A stretch of 64,000 bases of DNA from Eledone cirrhosa (taxonomy: Eukaryota). The notes beneath the pieces are model-generated. The model made no database searches, was not told the origin of the DNA, and was given only the letters and a program-made list of their open reading frames with translations. The stretch lies in NCBI GenBank assembly GCA_964016885.1, contig OZ024744.1, positions 93,062,001 through 93,126,000 on the forward strand, given 5' to 3'. How positions within the stretch are numbered: the first letter of the stretch is position 1; the number at the start of each line of letters is the position of its first letter. The position numbers and the translations under genes were made by a program. Shown here one piece after another: positions 41,800-57,049 of the stretch.

Positions 41800-42460
41800 A
41801 ACCAAGCTTTAAAAGAGTAAAAGACAAGCTTGGAAATACTAGATGAATGTGGACAGTAAAAAAGAAACGTCAAGTGACTAGAAAATAAGTTGGATGTCAG
41901 GTTTTTAGCAATGGGGAGAGGCAGAAATTCAAATGTGGGTTAATGTTCTGTTATGTGCAGATCAGAGATGCACGATACTCCAGATTGTAAGGCCATGTAC
42001 TAGAGAAAAAACAAACATTGTTGGATAGAGAAGTGTGTACAGAATGATAACACATTTACTGACACCAACACAGAAAAGAGAGAAGCATGGCAGTGTTATT
42101 ATGAGAGGCTGTTGCATAAAGAGAATGCATAAGAGAGAAAGAGCCTACCCCAAATAAACCCAACAAAAGGCCTTAGTATCCAAGATGACAGTAGTATGAT
42201 AGCAAGCTCAATTAAGGTAGAAAAGGCTGCTTGTCCATTAAGAATAGTCACTGAGATGATTACAATATCTACATAGTCAATCGGGTAGTACAGGAAAGTG
42301 TCATACCCAACAAGTTGCATAACAGCTTCATTGCCAACTGGTACAGAGGCATAAGAAATGCACTAGAGAGGTAAATAAAAAATGTGAGGAAAAAAACCAT
42401 AAAGGTTATGGAAAGAGCAATAGCACACTTGATTAGAGAGTGAATTTGCCAAGATCTGAA
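41800..42460 (+). mobile_element. Old PHD-RTE LINE fragment (pre-RT region)
   Basis: HYERLL, KAACP-RIVTEMI, IVNRVVQESVIP, KVMERAIAHLIRE, similar to 16960-17330. Confidence 0.6.
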
Positions 42461-43322
42461 TCTCTTTTGTACACCTTTCCACATCTTAATACTCCCCACC
42501 CTTCCATTACCTAAGTACCCCACCTTAACCCTTCCCACTCACTTCCTTTACTTCCACTTTGCTCGTCCAACCTCATACCACTCCTAGCCAAAGCCAACCC
42601 AAACCAACACACAAAGACTGGATATGCCCCACCTGGTACTACAATAAAATGCTTGGATGGGGTTGGAAATAGTATCTGGCTATGGAGACCTGACCTGAAC
42701 AAGATGTAGTCACCTGTCTGGCTGAATTTCAGAGCGTAAGTAGACTTGGAAAATAGAAAATTTAACATTTAACGATGATGTACTCCCCTCCTATCCCCTG
42801 CCACATCCCTGATACACCTTTCTCGTCTAACCCATGCATGGAAAAGCAGAACACTGCACAATATATTACTAAGTACATGCTCATATAGAACTTGTGCATA
42901 TAGACAAGATACGGTCTCCTGACCTAACTTGCCTCAAATGGGACAACCCACCTAATCCATGCTAGCATGGAAAGTGGACGTTAAACGATGATGTCACTCT
43001 CTTCAAAGCCACCCCCATGATATGTTGCTTGCTTTTCCATAAAAGCACTATATCAGAGCCATGAAGTGGTTCTATAGGGTCCACAACAAAAAGCACCCAA
43101 CTCACCCTGTAAGGTGGTCATGGCAATGCCACAAAAAAAAAAAAAAAAAAAAAAAAAACGTTTCCAGTAATGTGGTAGGTATCAGAAAGGGCATCCAGCC
43201 ATAGAAAACCCAAACCAAAAATGGTTCGTATGGGCAAGACATGGTCACCTGACCTGTCTAGCCTCATGATGTGGCAACCTGTCTAACCCTTGCAAACATA
43301 GAAAACAGACATTAAACTGTGA

Positions 43323-43373
<51 letters not shown>

Positions 43374-45530
43374 TATACATTTATAATTATATATACACAC
43401 ACATGTCTGATCTATATAACACATGTGGGTTGGACCAGCTACCCTGCTTTACAGTGAAGAATAGAAAATGTGGGCAGGGAAGAAAGAGAATGAAACAGAG
43501 GTTGAAGGAGGAGTTATACTGAACTGAGTTGCAGGCAGAGAAGGTGGGGTGGGGAATTAACATTCACAGACAAAAAAAAAAAAAAAAAGGAATGCTATGC
43601 AGATGCATGATCACATGTGTGAACACATACATACACACATATACATACATATACAGACATGACAGTTATTTGTGCCTGTCTATATCTGCTAAGACAATAA
43701 AGAGTAAACTTCTTGTCATCTTTGTAAACTTCAATGTTCAAAATGTTACTGTTACATTTCTGTTATATAAATACCATTCTGTTGTTGTCTGCATATATGA
43801 CATTAATAACTACGAAACAAAATCAAAAACAAACTATTATTGTTTTATCTGTATAAATACAAAGTGTGTAACAGAGTGCATCGATGTGTATAAATATATA
43901 CACATATCTAATATGTAGGCATGTAAGCAAGCCAGAAAATACCAATTTCCCTGTAAATTGAGAAAATGATAAACACCATTAATCGATTTTCAGATCTAAT
44001 TGGATCTTCATCAAATGGCATCAAATCACAAGAAAACATATTTGATGGGTATATACACCAACTCACTCATAGCAATATTCTGAAATGGACATATCAATTT
44101 GCATATTATTGTTTTATATAATTTTACTGGCTTCAATCATTAGACTGCAGCCATGTTGTGTTGTGTTGATTTAGTCAATTATACAGAACTCAATTATTTT
44201 TCTCAAGTCTTGTAACATTTTATTGATCCTATTTTGTGAAACTTAAGTTATAGGACAGAGAGATATGCAAGCACAAACACAGACATGCACAAACATACAC
44301 ATGACGAGCTTCTGTAGTTTATGTCTACCAAATTCCACTCAGAAGACATTGATCAATCCGAGGCCATACTAAAAGATCAATCCGAGACCATACTAAAAGA
44401 TCAGGCCTAGGCCATACAGTGTGACTGAACTTAAAACTACATAGTTACAAAATAAACTCCTTTTCCACACAGCCATGCCTGCACCTAAAACATTTATATT
44501 ATTCATAATATGGAACACAATTGGAGACACTATTATAGATATATCATCATCATTTCACAAAGGCTTTTCCTAGCAAGGGTTGGACAGGTCTACATAGACC
44601 AAGTGAGTACTGAAGTGGTGGCTACTGACTTTCCAGACAAACCAGGGATCTGTATCCCACTTACGTATGGTCATCAAGTGCAGAGAAGTTGTCATTTGAC
44701 ACAAACTGATATTATTCATAAGATATTTCAGTGGAAAATATATATTTTAAATCAAGAGTTATGTATATTACTGATATCTGTTTATTTTTTAGAAACCATA
44801 GCTCTGTTGGACACTTCATTCAGTGAGACAGTGGGTTCAAGTCCAACTATATGCATAATATATGTATGTAAAAAGTGAACAGAAATAACACACACACGCA
44901 GACACACACACACAATGAAGAAATATATTAGTTTAACACTTGAAATAATGGGTGAAAAAAACCTTAACATTTCAGACACTAGTCCATCATCAGATGAAAT
45001 AGAAAGATAGAAAGTGAGAAAAGGAAGGAACAGAAAATAAATAAATAAAATAAAATTTAAAAATTGAGGAAAAAAAACGCATGTGCATTCGGCTAGCCAT
45101 TATACTCTGATATGATAAATAAGCATGTAGTGCAGATTGATATTTTAGCTAGATTGTGTCTTTGATTTCATTGCATACCTAAGAATGTTTAAAGCACTTC
45201 CTACACATACATTATTATTTCAACACATTTTCAATTATTTTAATAACATCACCACAATGGAAATTGTATGTGCAACTCTTCTTAGATCATGTTCATTCAT
45301 GAATGTTAAGATAAAAACACTAGATAGCAACTCTTAAGATAGAAAGAGTTGACAAATGTGTAACAAAGACTGTACCTTCAGTAATTCCTATGTAGATTTA
45401 CACCATCTTAAGAATCAAACACTTCAGAACAAAAAAAAAAAAAAAAAAAAAAATTCTTTTGAAATTGTAATTGTATTTAATGGCTCTCAATAAACTTTAT
45501 AGTTGTCAAGACAACTCTGGAAATGTTATT

Positions 45531-45555
45531 TATAGATAGATAGATAGATAGATAG

Positions 45556-45587
<32 letters not shown>

Positions 45588-45621
45588 GATAGATATTATA
45601 TATATATATATATATAGATAG

Positions 45622-45661
<40 letters not shown>

Positions 45662-46127
45662 TAGATATTATATATATATATATATATATATAGATAGATA
45701 TTATATATATATATAGATAGATAGATAGATAGATATATATATATATATATATATAGATATATATATATATATATAGATAGATAGATATATATATATATAG
45801 ATATATAGATATATATATATATATATAGATAGATAGATATATATATATATATATAGATATATATATATATATATAGATATATATATATATATATATATAG
45901 ATATATAGATATATATATATATATATATAGATATATATATAGATATATATATATATATATATATAGATATATATATAGATAGATATATATATATATATAT
46001 ATATATAGATATGAAAACATATATAACTTATGTGTATGTATGTATAAGGGAGGTTGTGTACGTGTTTATAATATGTGTATATATAAGTGTTATTAATGTA
46101 TATATATATGTGCATGTCTGTTTTTTA

Positions 46128-46166
<39 letters not shown>

Positions 46167-46279
46167 GTGTGTATATATATATATATATATATGTGGGTGT
46201 TTGTATGTGTATTTATGGTGGTATGAGTGTGTGGATATCTATGTGTATATATATATATATATATATATGTATGAGTGTA

Positions 46280-46323
<44 letters not shown>

Positions 46324-46635
46324 TGTATATATATATAGGTATATATATATGTGTATGTATGTGTCTCTATATATATATCTCTATTAATGCGTGTGTGTAT
46401 GTATATACATATGCCTTTTTATTATTATTTTTATTTGTATGTCTGCGTTAGATGAGGTTGTAGTTTTTTTTATGTATATATGCATATATAGATGCGTATG
46501 TATTTGTATATATGAGTATAAGTAAGTGCATAAGTATGTATGATTATATATCTAATTCTATGTATGAATATACATGTATATATATATGTGTGTATGTAAG
46601 TTGTGTGTGTATGTATCTACATGTCTATGTGTGTG

Positions 46636-46666
<31 letters not shown>

Positions 46667-46751
46667 GTATATCGATGTGCGTATGTGTATGTACATGTAT
46701 GTACATGTATGTGTGTATGTATGTGTATGTATATTTAGATGTATGTGTGTG

Positions 46752-46806
<55 letters not shown>

Positions 46807-47050
46807 ATATATATATAGATATATATCTTTATTATTTATTTTTATATATATGTGTATGTGTGTATGTGTTGCGTGTGTGTGTGTGTGTGTATATATATAT
46901 CTTTATATATGTGTATGTGTATGTTTGTGTAAGTGTATGTGTGTGTATGACTGTATATGTATGTGTGTATGTGTGTATGCGTAAATATTTCTATGTGTGC
47001 GTACATGTATGTATGTGTATATATCTGTATGTGTATGTATATTATATTAT
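45531..47050. repeat. (TA)n/(TAGA)n then (TG/TA)n compound microsatellite
   Basis: Direct inspection. Confidence 0.95.
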
Positions 47051-47607
47051 TATATTTTATTGTTTTATTTTTTTATTTTTCTTAATTTATAGATACATTT
47101 ATATTAGACAGTTTGCTCAGACAGTTGAATACTGACCCCTCCCCCCCCTCCCACCTAATTTCTGTATCTTGATCTAGAAATGTGTGTGCCAGTGTTTTAT
47201 GTGAATGTATTAATATCCTTGTGCTTATGATTTTATATCCACATATATAAATGTGAGTGGGGGTGTGTGTGTGTTTGTATGTTCGTGGTTATGTGTATAT
47301 TTATGCATATACGCGCGTGTATGTGTGATTGTACTGATATGTGTGAGTATGAAAAAATATATTTATATACTTGATTTCATAAGTATCTTATCTGCGCATG
47401 GTAAGCTCACAGAGACATTAACCTTGAAATTTCGTATTTGCATCCATCATTTTAGTATGCGTATACAAATTATACATACATTTTTGTAAAATATGTGTAA
47501 GGGTTTTACATGTATATACACACACCGAACTGCATTTAACCCTTTATGTTTTCATTGGTCAATTTTGAATTGAAATTTTGAATTGTTGTTATTATCAATA
47601 AATATAC

Positions 47608-47762
47608 TTCATTATTTCTGAAGACGGCGTATATATGTGTTTGGTATGTATATTTAATCTTGATAATTTGTATAATTTTGTATAATTTTGTACATAGATC
47701 TGTTGAATATGCATACCAATTATAACACATATATATCCTAGAAACGATCGTTAAATAATGAA
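47608..47762 (+). ncRNA. Putative type I hammerhead ribozyme (Penelope/retrozyme-like)
   Basis: Stem I TTCATTATTT/AAATAATGAA (10 bp, perfect); CTGAAGA 47618-47624; long stem II; GAAA 47741-47744; minimal stem III AC-GATC-GT; GUU cleavage triplet. Confidence 0.6.
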
Positions 47763-47956
47763 CTTTTTTTTTTTTTGTTTAATATAAGGAATTGTTTGTT
47801 CATTATTTGTTTAATATTTTATCTTGACTCTGTATACCGTTTATCTTTCACCGAAAGTCGTTTTTCATTGCATCTCTTCTTTCCATGATATCCGGAATAC
47901 ATTGAGTTCTTCATACGGATTGGACACTACCGTAAACTCTTGGTAGATTTATCTAC

Positions 47957-49936
<1,980 letters not shown>

Positions 49937-50239
49937 TTCCATTCTGGTCCAATATGTACTACATATGTGTGCTAATTGTAACATTCATTAGAGACTAGTA
50001 CATGGCAAGTTTAAACTTCAAATTTGAAAAACAAAGTTTCATATGAATGACGTAAAAGCTCCTACATATACTGGTGCGGTTAAATTAACAGAGCCATACA
50101 TTCAGTGGTAAGAAACTTTCAGGTCTTCAGAGAAGAAACCCTCTCAAGCGAATGTTTTGGCCCTTTATGGCGTAAAAGCTCCTACATATGGCAAAATTAA
50201 CAGAACCAGACATTCATGATATTGTGTCCAATAACAATA

Positions 50240-51040
50240 CTCATTTTTAGCTTTGACAGCGCCAGGGAAAACTTTAACTCACAAAGAGAACCTCTGGGCC
50301 CTAAAGAGCTTGAAAAATAATGCCAGCTACTATAAATGAAACTTCTTTTACCAAGCTGTCAGACACAAACAATCTGCTGCTGAAACAACTTTTAAAGTAT
50401 ATAAGGCAACTCTGTAACAACATTAACAACAAGTAATGGTCAAATATTTTGGTACATGTTCATTCAAGGTCATAAAAAAGACCTTAAAATTCCATATAGC
50501 CTTCTATGTCAAGTCTTTGACACACACATCTTCGATAGTTCCTGTACAATACAAAAGATGGCCAGACACTCAAAGACCCTGAAGGTATTAAGTACCATTA
50601 GAGGGAACATTTTACTGGATAGTTTACCCTATGATATGGATTACAGGCCTTCAAATGATGAGGTAGGTTTGGTGATTAAGCAGATCAATATTAGTAGATT
50701 GCCAGGATTAGATCGTATCCAAGAACTGCTGTAAAATAATGGCAAAAAGGTTTTATCTGCTATACTTAATCTGACAAATAGTTGGAAAATAATTCCTATA
50801 ACACAAGACTGGGTTGATGGAATTCTTGTTATGATATATAAAGGTAAAAGATCTCAATCAGTATGTGATAAAATTGAAGACAAAGATTGAGGAAGATTAA
50901 AAAAGACAAAGGTAATGTTTACTTCTGTACCACTTGAGCCTCTACATTAAACGAAACATACATCTTCATGAATGTCACCAAATTTGAAGTTGAGGAGACA
51001 TTCTTAAATCACAGGAGTACTTTGTCAAGAGATAAATCCT
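50240..51040 (+). mobile_element. Decayed fragment of a third RTE-like LINE
   Basis: Motifs PSNDEV..IKQI, PGLDRI-ELL, QDWVDGILVMIYKGK..SVCD from the region preceding RT. Confidence 0.55.
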
Positions 51041-51044
51041 AACA

Positions 51045-51363
51045 CAATCATGGGCAAACTGGCCCGTTTGTGGGTTTGTGGTTTTCTAAATGACACATAC
51101 ATCTAAGAAAAAAATTATGTTGCATTTTTTTATGCAGTCCACTGCTCAAAAAAGGTTGCCAATCCCTGCAGTAGACCTTGCAAATCCCCAGCTGGTCTTC
51201 ATACACCTCTAGGTACATGGGTGAACAGTTTGTTTGAATCATGCAGCGTACTGCTCAAAAAAGGTTGCCCATGTGTGCTGTAGACCTTACAGATCATCAG
51301 GTCTTGAGACATACCTCACAGTACATGGGTGCACATCGGTGAACAGAGTTTGACTGAATCATG
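51045..51363. repeat. hAT-like MITE end included in a ~110-bp tandem duplication
   Basis: gggcaaact ... aaaaggttgccaatccctg; 51132-51243 is repeated imperfectly at 51241-51363. Confidence 0.45.
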
Positions 51364-51979
51364 AATAATGAAACATCTATTGCCTGACAAGATGCAGTAA
51401 TCATGTATGCAATGACGTCAATGTCATAAACAGAAAATAAAAATATATACAATTACACACGGCATAGCATTACTTATATATGTGTACATATACACACAAA
51501 TATACACACACACATCCCACACACACAAAGGGCATCTAGCCATAGAAACCATGCCAAAAATGGAAAGTATTTGAGCAAGATGTGGTTCCCCAACCCATCT
51601 AAGACTGTAGCTTTGATTATATACTGACTTGGTTTGTAATGAACCAGCCAAACCATGCCAGCATGGAAAAGTGAATGTAATATGATGGTAATGTACATTT
51701 CTTATGAGTATGCATGTACTATACACACACACACACACATATATATGCAAACATATCCATACACTCACTGCACACGCGTGCGTGCGCACGCACGCACGCA
51801 CAGGATATCCGTAGATAAAAGGCCAAGGAAAACAATGTTCAATCTATTACGAGAGAGCTTATTTAGTATAAGATGAAAGGCCAGCATTAAAACGGCCCCT
51901 CCACTATACAGTGGTGGCTATGACTGGACCTTGAAACCTAAGGTTGCGCATACATATTAAATGTATGAAATTTTAATTA

Positions 51980-52029
<50 letters not shown>

Positions 52030-52105
52030 CAAAGGAATTGTGGCAAGGAACCAGATGGACCATAACGCACCAGAGTACTCAATACTTAGGGTAGTAGAAT
52101 GGGAA

Positions 52106-52216
52106 ATAGGAAAAAGTATGACCCCGACGGCAGAGCTCAAGCCGTTTCGACGGCTATTTCTGTCCAGAAATAGCCATCGAAACGGCTTGAGCTCTGCCGT
52201 TGGGGTCATACTTTTT

Positions 52217-52221
<5 letters not shown>
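52106..52221. repeat. Near-perfect palindrome, 56-bp arms, 4-nt loop, inside (TA)n
   Basis: 52106-52161 versus 52166-52221, 54/56 complementary, loop GTCC. Confidence 0.95.
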
Positions 52222-52287
<66 letters not shown>

Positions 52288-53017
52288 GTGCACCCAGTAT
52301 TGCCTGTGAAATAAACAAAATTAATGGACTGTTTGTTGAATGAGAATCAGTACTTCAGAATGAATCTGTTATCATTTCTAAACACATTGTTTATATTTAT
52401 TAAAGAGATATAGAGATAACAGGAATATTCTGTGAATTCTTAGAAATAACATGCATACTCACACAAAAAGTGGTAAATTTGCAGTATCTATAGAACACAA
52501 GATAGAATACCTAGCGATACTCATTCCTTCACTCCAATCTCTCTAAGTTTAAACACTATCAAAGCCAACTTCGTCCTATAGAGTTGATAAAATACCAGTC
52601 CAGTACTGGTGTCGTTTCTTTATTGGAAGAAAATCAGCTGTGGCCAGACAAGGAAAGGGAAGGGCTTTGTCAGGTTAAGAATGCCAAGAGTGCTAACATA
52701 TGGTGTATATCATGGCAGAATTTCTTACGACCACAGAGTTGAGGGTTCATATATGGCAAGCATGTATATAAGGCTTTTTCAGTCAGCCAATGACCAGCAA
52801 CTGCTCTAGTGCTGGTGCCACAAAAAAATGCACCCAGTACATTCTGTAATAGGAAGGGCATCCATCTATAGAATCAATGCCAAAAAAGGGTTGAGAGGCA
52901 TCTTAAGCTGTGTCAAAGATATGACAACCTCACTAGTGTTGACACATAAGTGAGATGCTGTAGCACCAAATAGGTACTGACCCATCCAACCCATGTAAGC
53001 ATGGAAAAATGGACGTT

Positions 53018-53053
<36 letters not shown>

Positions 53054-54911
53054 CTGAGTGCTTGTATCTAAATCTGATACTTTGTTTTCAATTTTGTCGA
53101 ACCACAAACAACAGCTCCAGTTTTTAAGCAGCGTAAACCTAAAAATAGACACACACACACATGCATACTGAAATATGACATTTTAACAACATAAACACCA
53201 ACAAATATATATATATTTCTTCATTGTACTGTCGTTTAGTTTGCTATTTCTGTTTACCTCATACATACATATATATATATGTGGGGAAATCTTAACTGTG
53301 ATAAAAACGTGAAAGTAAAATATAAAAGAAAAATAAAGTAAATTCTGTATTATTTCTTCAAAAAATGTAACAAAATCAAAGAAAAGTATGAAAGAAAAAA
53401 AACTCCAAACTATGAAACTTAGTATCTTTGTATGGAGAAAAATAATGCATATGACATGCATATATTTAAAGTAAAATATAACATCCAGCATCCATTTATA
53501 AAAGGAATAAGATTTCTGAATATCCATCCACAATTGCTCAGTTTATTCCTCCACATGTGTTCATAGACAAAGAATCTCTTAGTGTTAATTCATTCATTCA
53601 TTCACAAAATACTGTATACTTATGACTATATGTATATATCTAGATTTTGTGTGAGTGTGTGAGTGTGTGCATGTGTTTTGTATTGGTGTGTGCATATTTA
53701 TGGATGTGCACTCACCATTAAATGTTTGTGCATTTCATATTAAGTATGTATCTTGTAAATGTGTGTTTTTGCACGTTTTGTCTATGCTTGTCTGTATACA
53801 TGTTTGCTAATAGAGATAGAAAGAGTGTGTGTGTGTGTGTGTCAAGTTCATGTCTTGACTATGTTTGTATGTAACATCATCATCATCACCGTTTTACATC
53901 CGTTCTTCCACGCTAGTATGGGTTAGACAGGTTGTCCTGTTGTGGGCAGTATCCGGTCAGCTGACCTTATCTTGCTCATACGGGAACATATGTATGCTTA
54001 TCTGTGGATGCCTGCATGCATGTGTGTATTTTTCCATGTTGATAAAGCAAGGGAACAAAATTGTTGTTTCAATTCCCCTTAAACCCAGCTTCTCCAATTC
54101 GTCCAAGCTCTGCCTCTTACATTGCACATCCAGCGAAGCATGGTTGCTTCATTTCTCTCCAGGCTTCACATGCCCTCGGCAGTAACAGCCCATGTTTCAC
54201 TATCATGCAGCACGCACTTTACTCACAGGCATCAGAGTCACACTTTTGTACATATACATACACACACGCACATATATATATATATATATATATATATGTG
54301 GAGCCATAACAAAAGCGGGCAACTATGCCACACTGTCAAATGGTTGTGTAATTGTCACGACAACAGGCACCCAGTCCATCCTGTAAAATGGTTACGTAGG
54401 TGTCATGACAAAAAGCACCCAGTCCACGATGTAAAGTGGTCATGAAGGCAACACGGCAAAAAACACCCAGTACACACTGTAAATGTGGTTGGTGTTAGGA
54501 AGGGCATCCAGCCGTAGAATCCAAGCCAAATCAGTTCTGTGCGAGCGAATAACAGTCCCCCCCCGACCTGATCCCTCACAAAGGGACAGCCCGTCCTACC
54601 CATGCTAGTGTGGAAGATGGATGTTAAACGATGATGATGATATGTACATATACTATGTAAATGTTTCAGGTAAGAGCTATTTGAGTATTTTTAACCAACT
54701 ATAAGCAGTAACCGTAATATGAATAACTAAAAGGTATAACATGTTCTGACTTCATATATAACACGCAATATAGCGGCGTTATAATTCTACTGTCATTTTT
54801 TCACCCAACAATCATCGTCCATATAGATTACATGTCTGAACTCTTTTCTTTTACACACATTTGATTACACTTATATATATATATATATTTCTTCTTCTCA
54901 ATCTCACTTAC

Positions 54912-54960
54912 CATCGTCGTTCAAGCACATAAATATTACACATCCAACAGACTGTGTCCA
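54912..54960 (-). other. Candidate upstream or alternative first exon of UBL3 ending ATG|GTAAGT (5' boundary unknown)
   Basis: Minus strand reads ...TGAACGACGATG|GTAAGTGAG. A phase-0 splice to 36980 would give MITIRLILVSG. Motif evidence only. Confidence 0.25.
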
Positions 54961-55078
54961 AGTAATTTCTTTCTAACTGTTGTATATATCTTCTGCATTC
55001 AATGCCCGTGTCTCATCATGAAACACTGCCCTTTGTACACAGAAATCATACAACCCACCCTTAACTCGTGTAAATGTA

Positions 55079-55122
<44 letters not shown>

Positions 55123-55315
55123 CACACAAACACTACAGTATTACCTGTAATATGTTTGCCACTAGATACCAGTAGGAAATTACATATGTATAAACGTATT
55201 AATAAAAATAAATATATTAGTTCACTACACCTGTACTTGATTAAAACGATTCATTATATTGCTCATGCTCAAGCGCAATTATAGTATCAAATAAAGCAGT
55301 GATTTGGGGAAAATG

Positions 55316-55350
<35 letters not shown>

Positions 55351-57049
55351 ATTCCTGATGGATGATATATCAGGAGGTGGCCACAGTTGAAAAAGGTACT
55401 GTGTTGGTATAGCATAAACATATTTATTTTATTATAGAAATCACTACAGGATTAGAACCGTTTCATTCACGAGAAAATTTTACTGATGATTTCTTATGAA
55501 TGAACAGTTCTAGTCCTGTAGAAGTTATTTTTATATATATATATATAAGATGCACATGGAGGATGACTGCTGGGTAAAGAAGTGCCAAGAAATGCCAGTA
55601 GAAGGAAGACCACGAAAAACATGGGTGGAGGTGGTGAGAGCGGACCCCAGATCGCTGAAGCTCACGGAGGAGATGACGAAGGACCATGACAAGTGGAGAG
55701 ATGCCGTGCTGAATAGGACCTGTCCCACCTTTGCAAGCAGAGAAAAGCAAACGTAAAATGATACCGGTTACTGTCCACAAAAGGATAACCCGTCTAACCC
55801 ATGCTAGTGTAGAAGAACAGACATAAAATGGTGATGATATATATATATATATCATCAACGTTTTTACATGTTTGTATGGCTCCTTCTCAGCACAGCATCT
55901 CTCCACTCATGTTCTTTTGTCATCTCTGTGAGTCTCAGTGATTTGAGATTAGCTCTCTACCCAGGTCTACGTCTACTGCAGCTTCCGTCCTTTGAGATTT
56001 TATGCCATTTCATCATCTATGCACATACAGAAGAATCTATCACATGGATCGTACTTGAATTTCAAAGGTTCAGCCAGGTCACATTGATTCTGCCTGAGAA
56101 TGATGTTATGGGTACACATGTCTGTGGAATACTCAACTAATTAGAAATCAGATGTTCCACCATTCAAATGACGATCATCATCGAAACAGACAAGAGGATC
56201 CATCAAATTAGTATACGCATTTAAATGAATCCTGACAGAGACAATCTGGTTTGTAAGTTACTTCCTACTTCTCAAAGGAAAATGGGGAAATGGTTATGTT
56301 CAGATAGTGTTTAAAATGATAATGTTTCTACTTTAGACAATGCCAACAATTTGGGGGTAGGAGAAGTCAAATCAACTGGGTACATTATATCAACCCCATA
56401 AGGATGAAAGGGAAAGCTAACCTTGGTGGAATTTGAACTCAGAACATAAAGAGCCATACTATGCCATAATGCATATTGATACTTCCAATTTACCACCCTT
56501 GTTTGAAATAATTCTTTCTAACGTAAAAAAAGCACCCAATCAACCCTGAATGTAATTGGAGTTAAAGGCATTGATGTGTAGAAACCAAGCCAAAATACAG
56601 ATCTGTATGAGCAAGATATGGTCACCTGACTTGACTTGTCTCTTAACATAACAACCCAGCTAATCCATGTAAGCATGGAAAAATAGACATTAAATAGTGA
56701 TGATGATGATAATTAGCGCAAAGCTAGCAATTTGGGTGAAGGAGAAAATTGATTATATTGATTCCAGTTCTAAACTGGTACTTTATTTTATTAATCCCAG
56801 AAGGACAAAGTTGACATTGGCAAGATTTGAACTCAGAACGTAGAAAGTCATAACTAAATACCACAAAGCAGTTTGTTTGACATTCTGCCGATTCTGCCAA
56901 TTGACTGCCCTTTATATAATAATAATATTAATAATGATAAAAAAATAAAAATAAAATAATAATCGGTGAATAAACTGTTAGGCACCAACACAACAGAACT
57001 GATAATTTGCCAAAATGATTGGGCAGTATGACCAAGTTACCTTGATCAG

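Noticed and set aside
55352-55376. Small hairpin TCCTGAT...ATCAGGA after (CA)n
   Set aside because: The stem is only 7-9 bp, CTGATGG is not a hammerhead core, and there is no other support.
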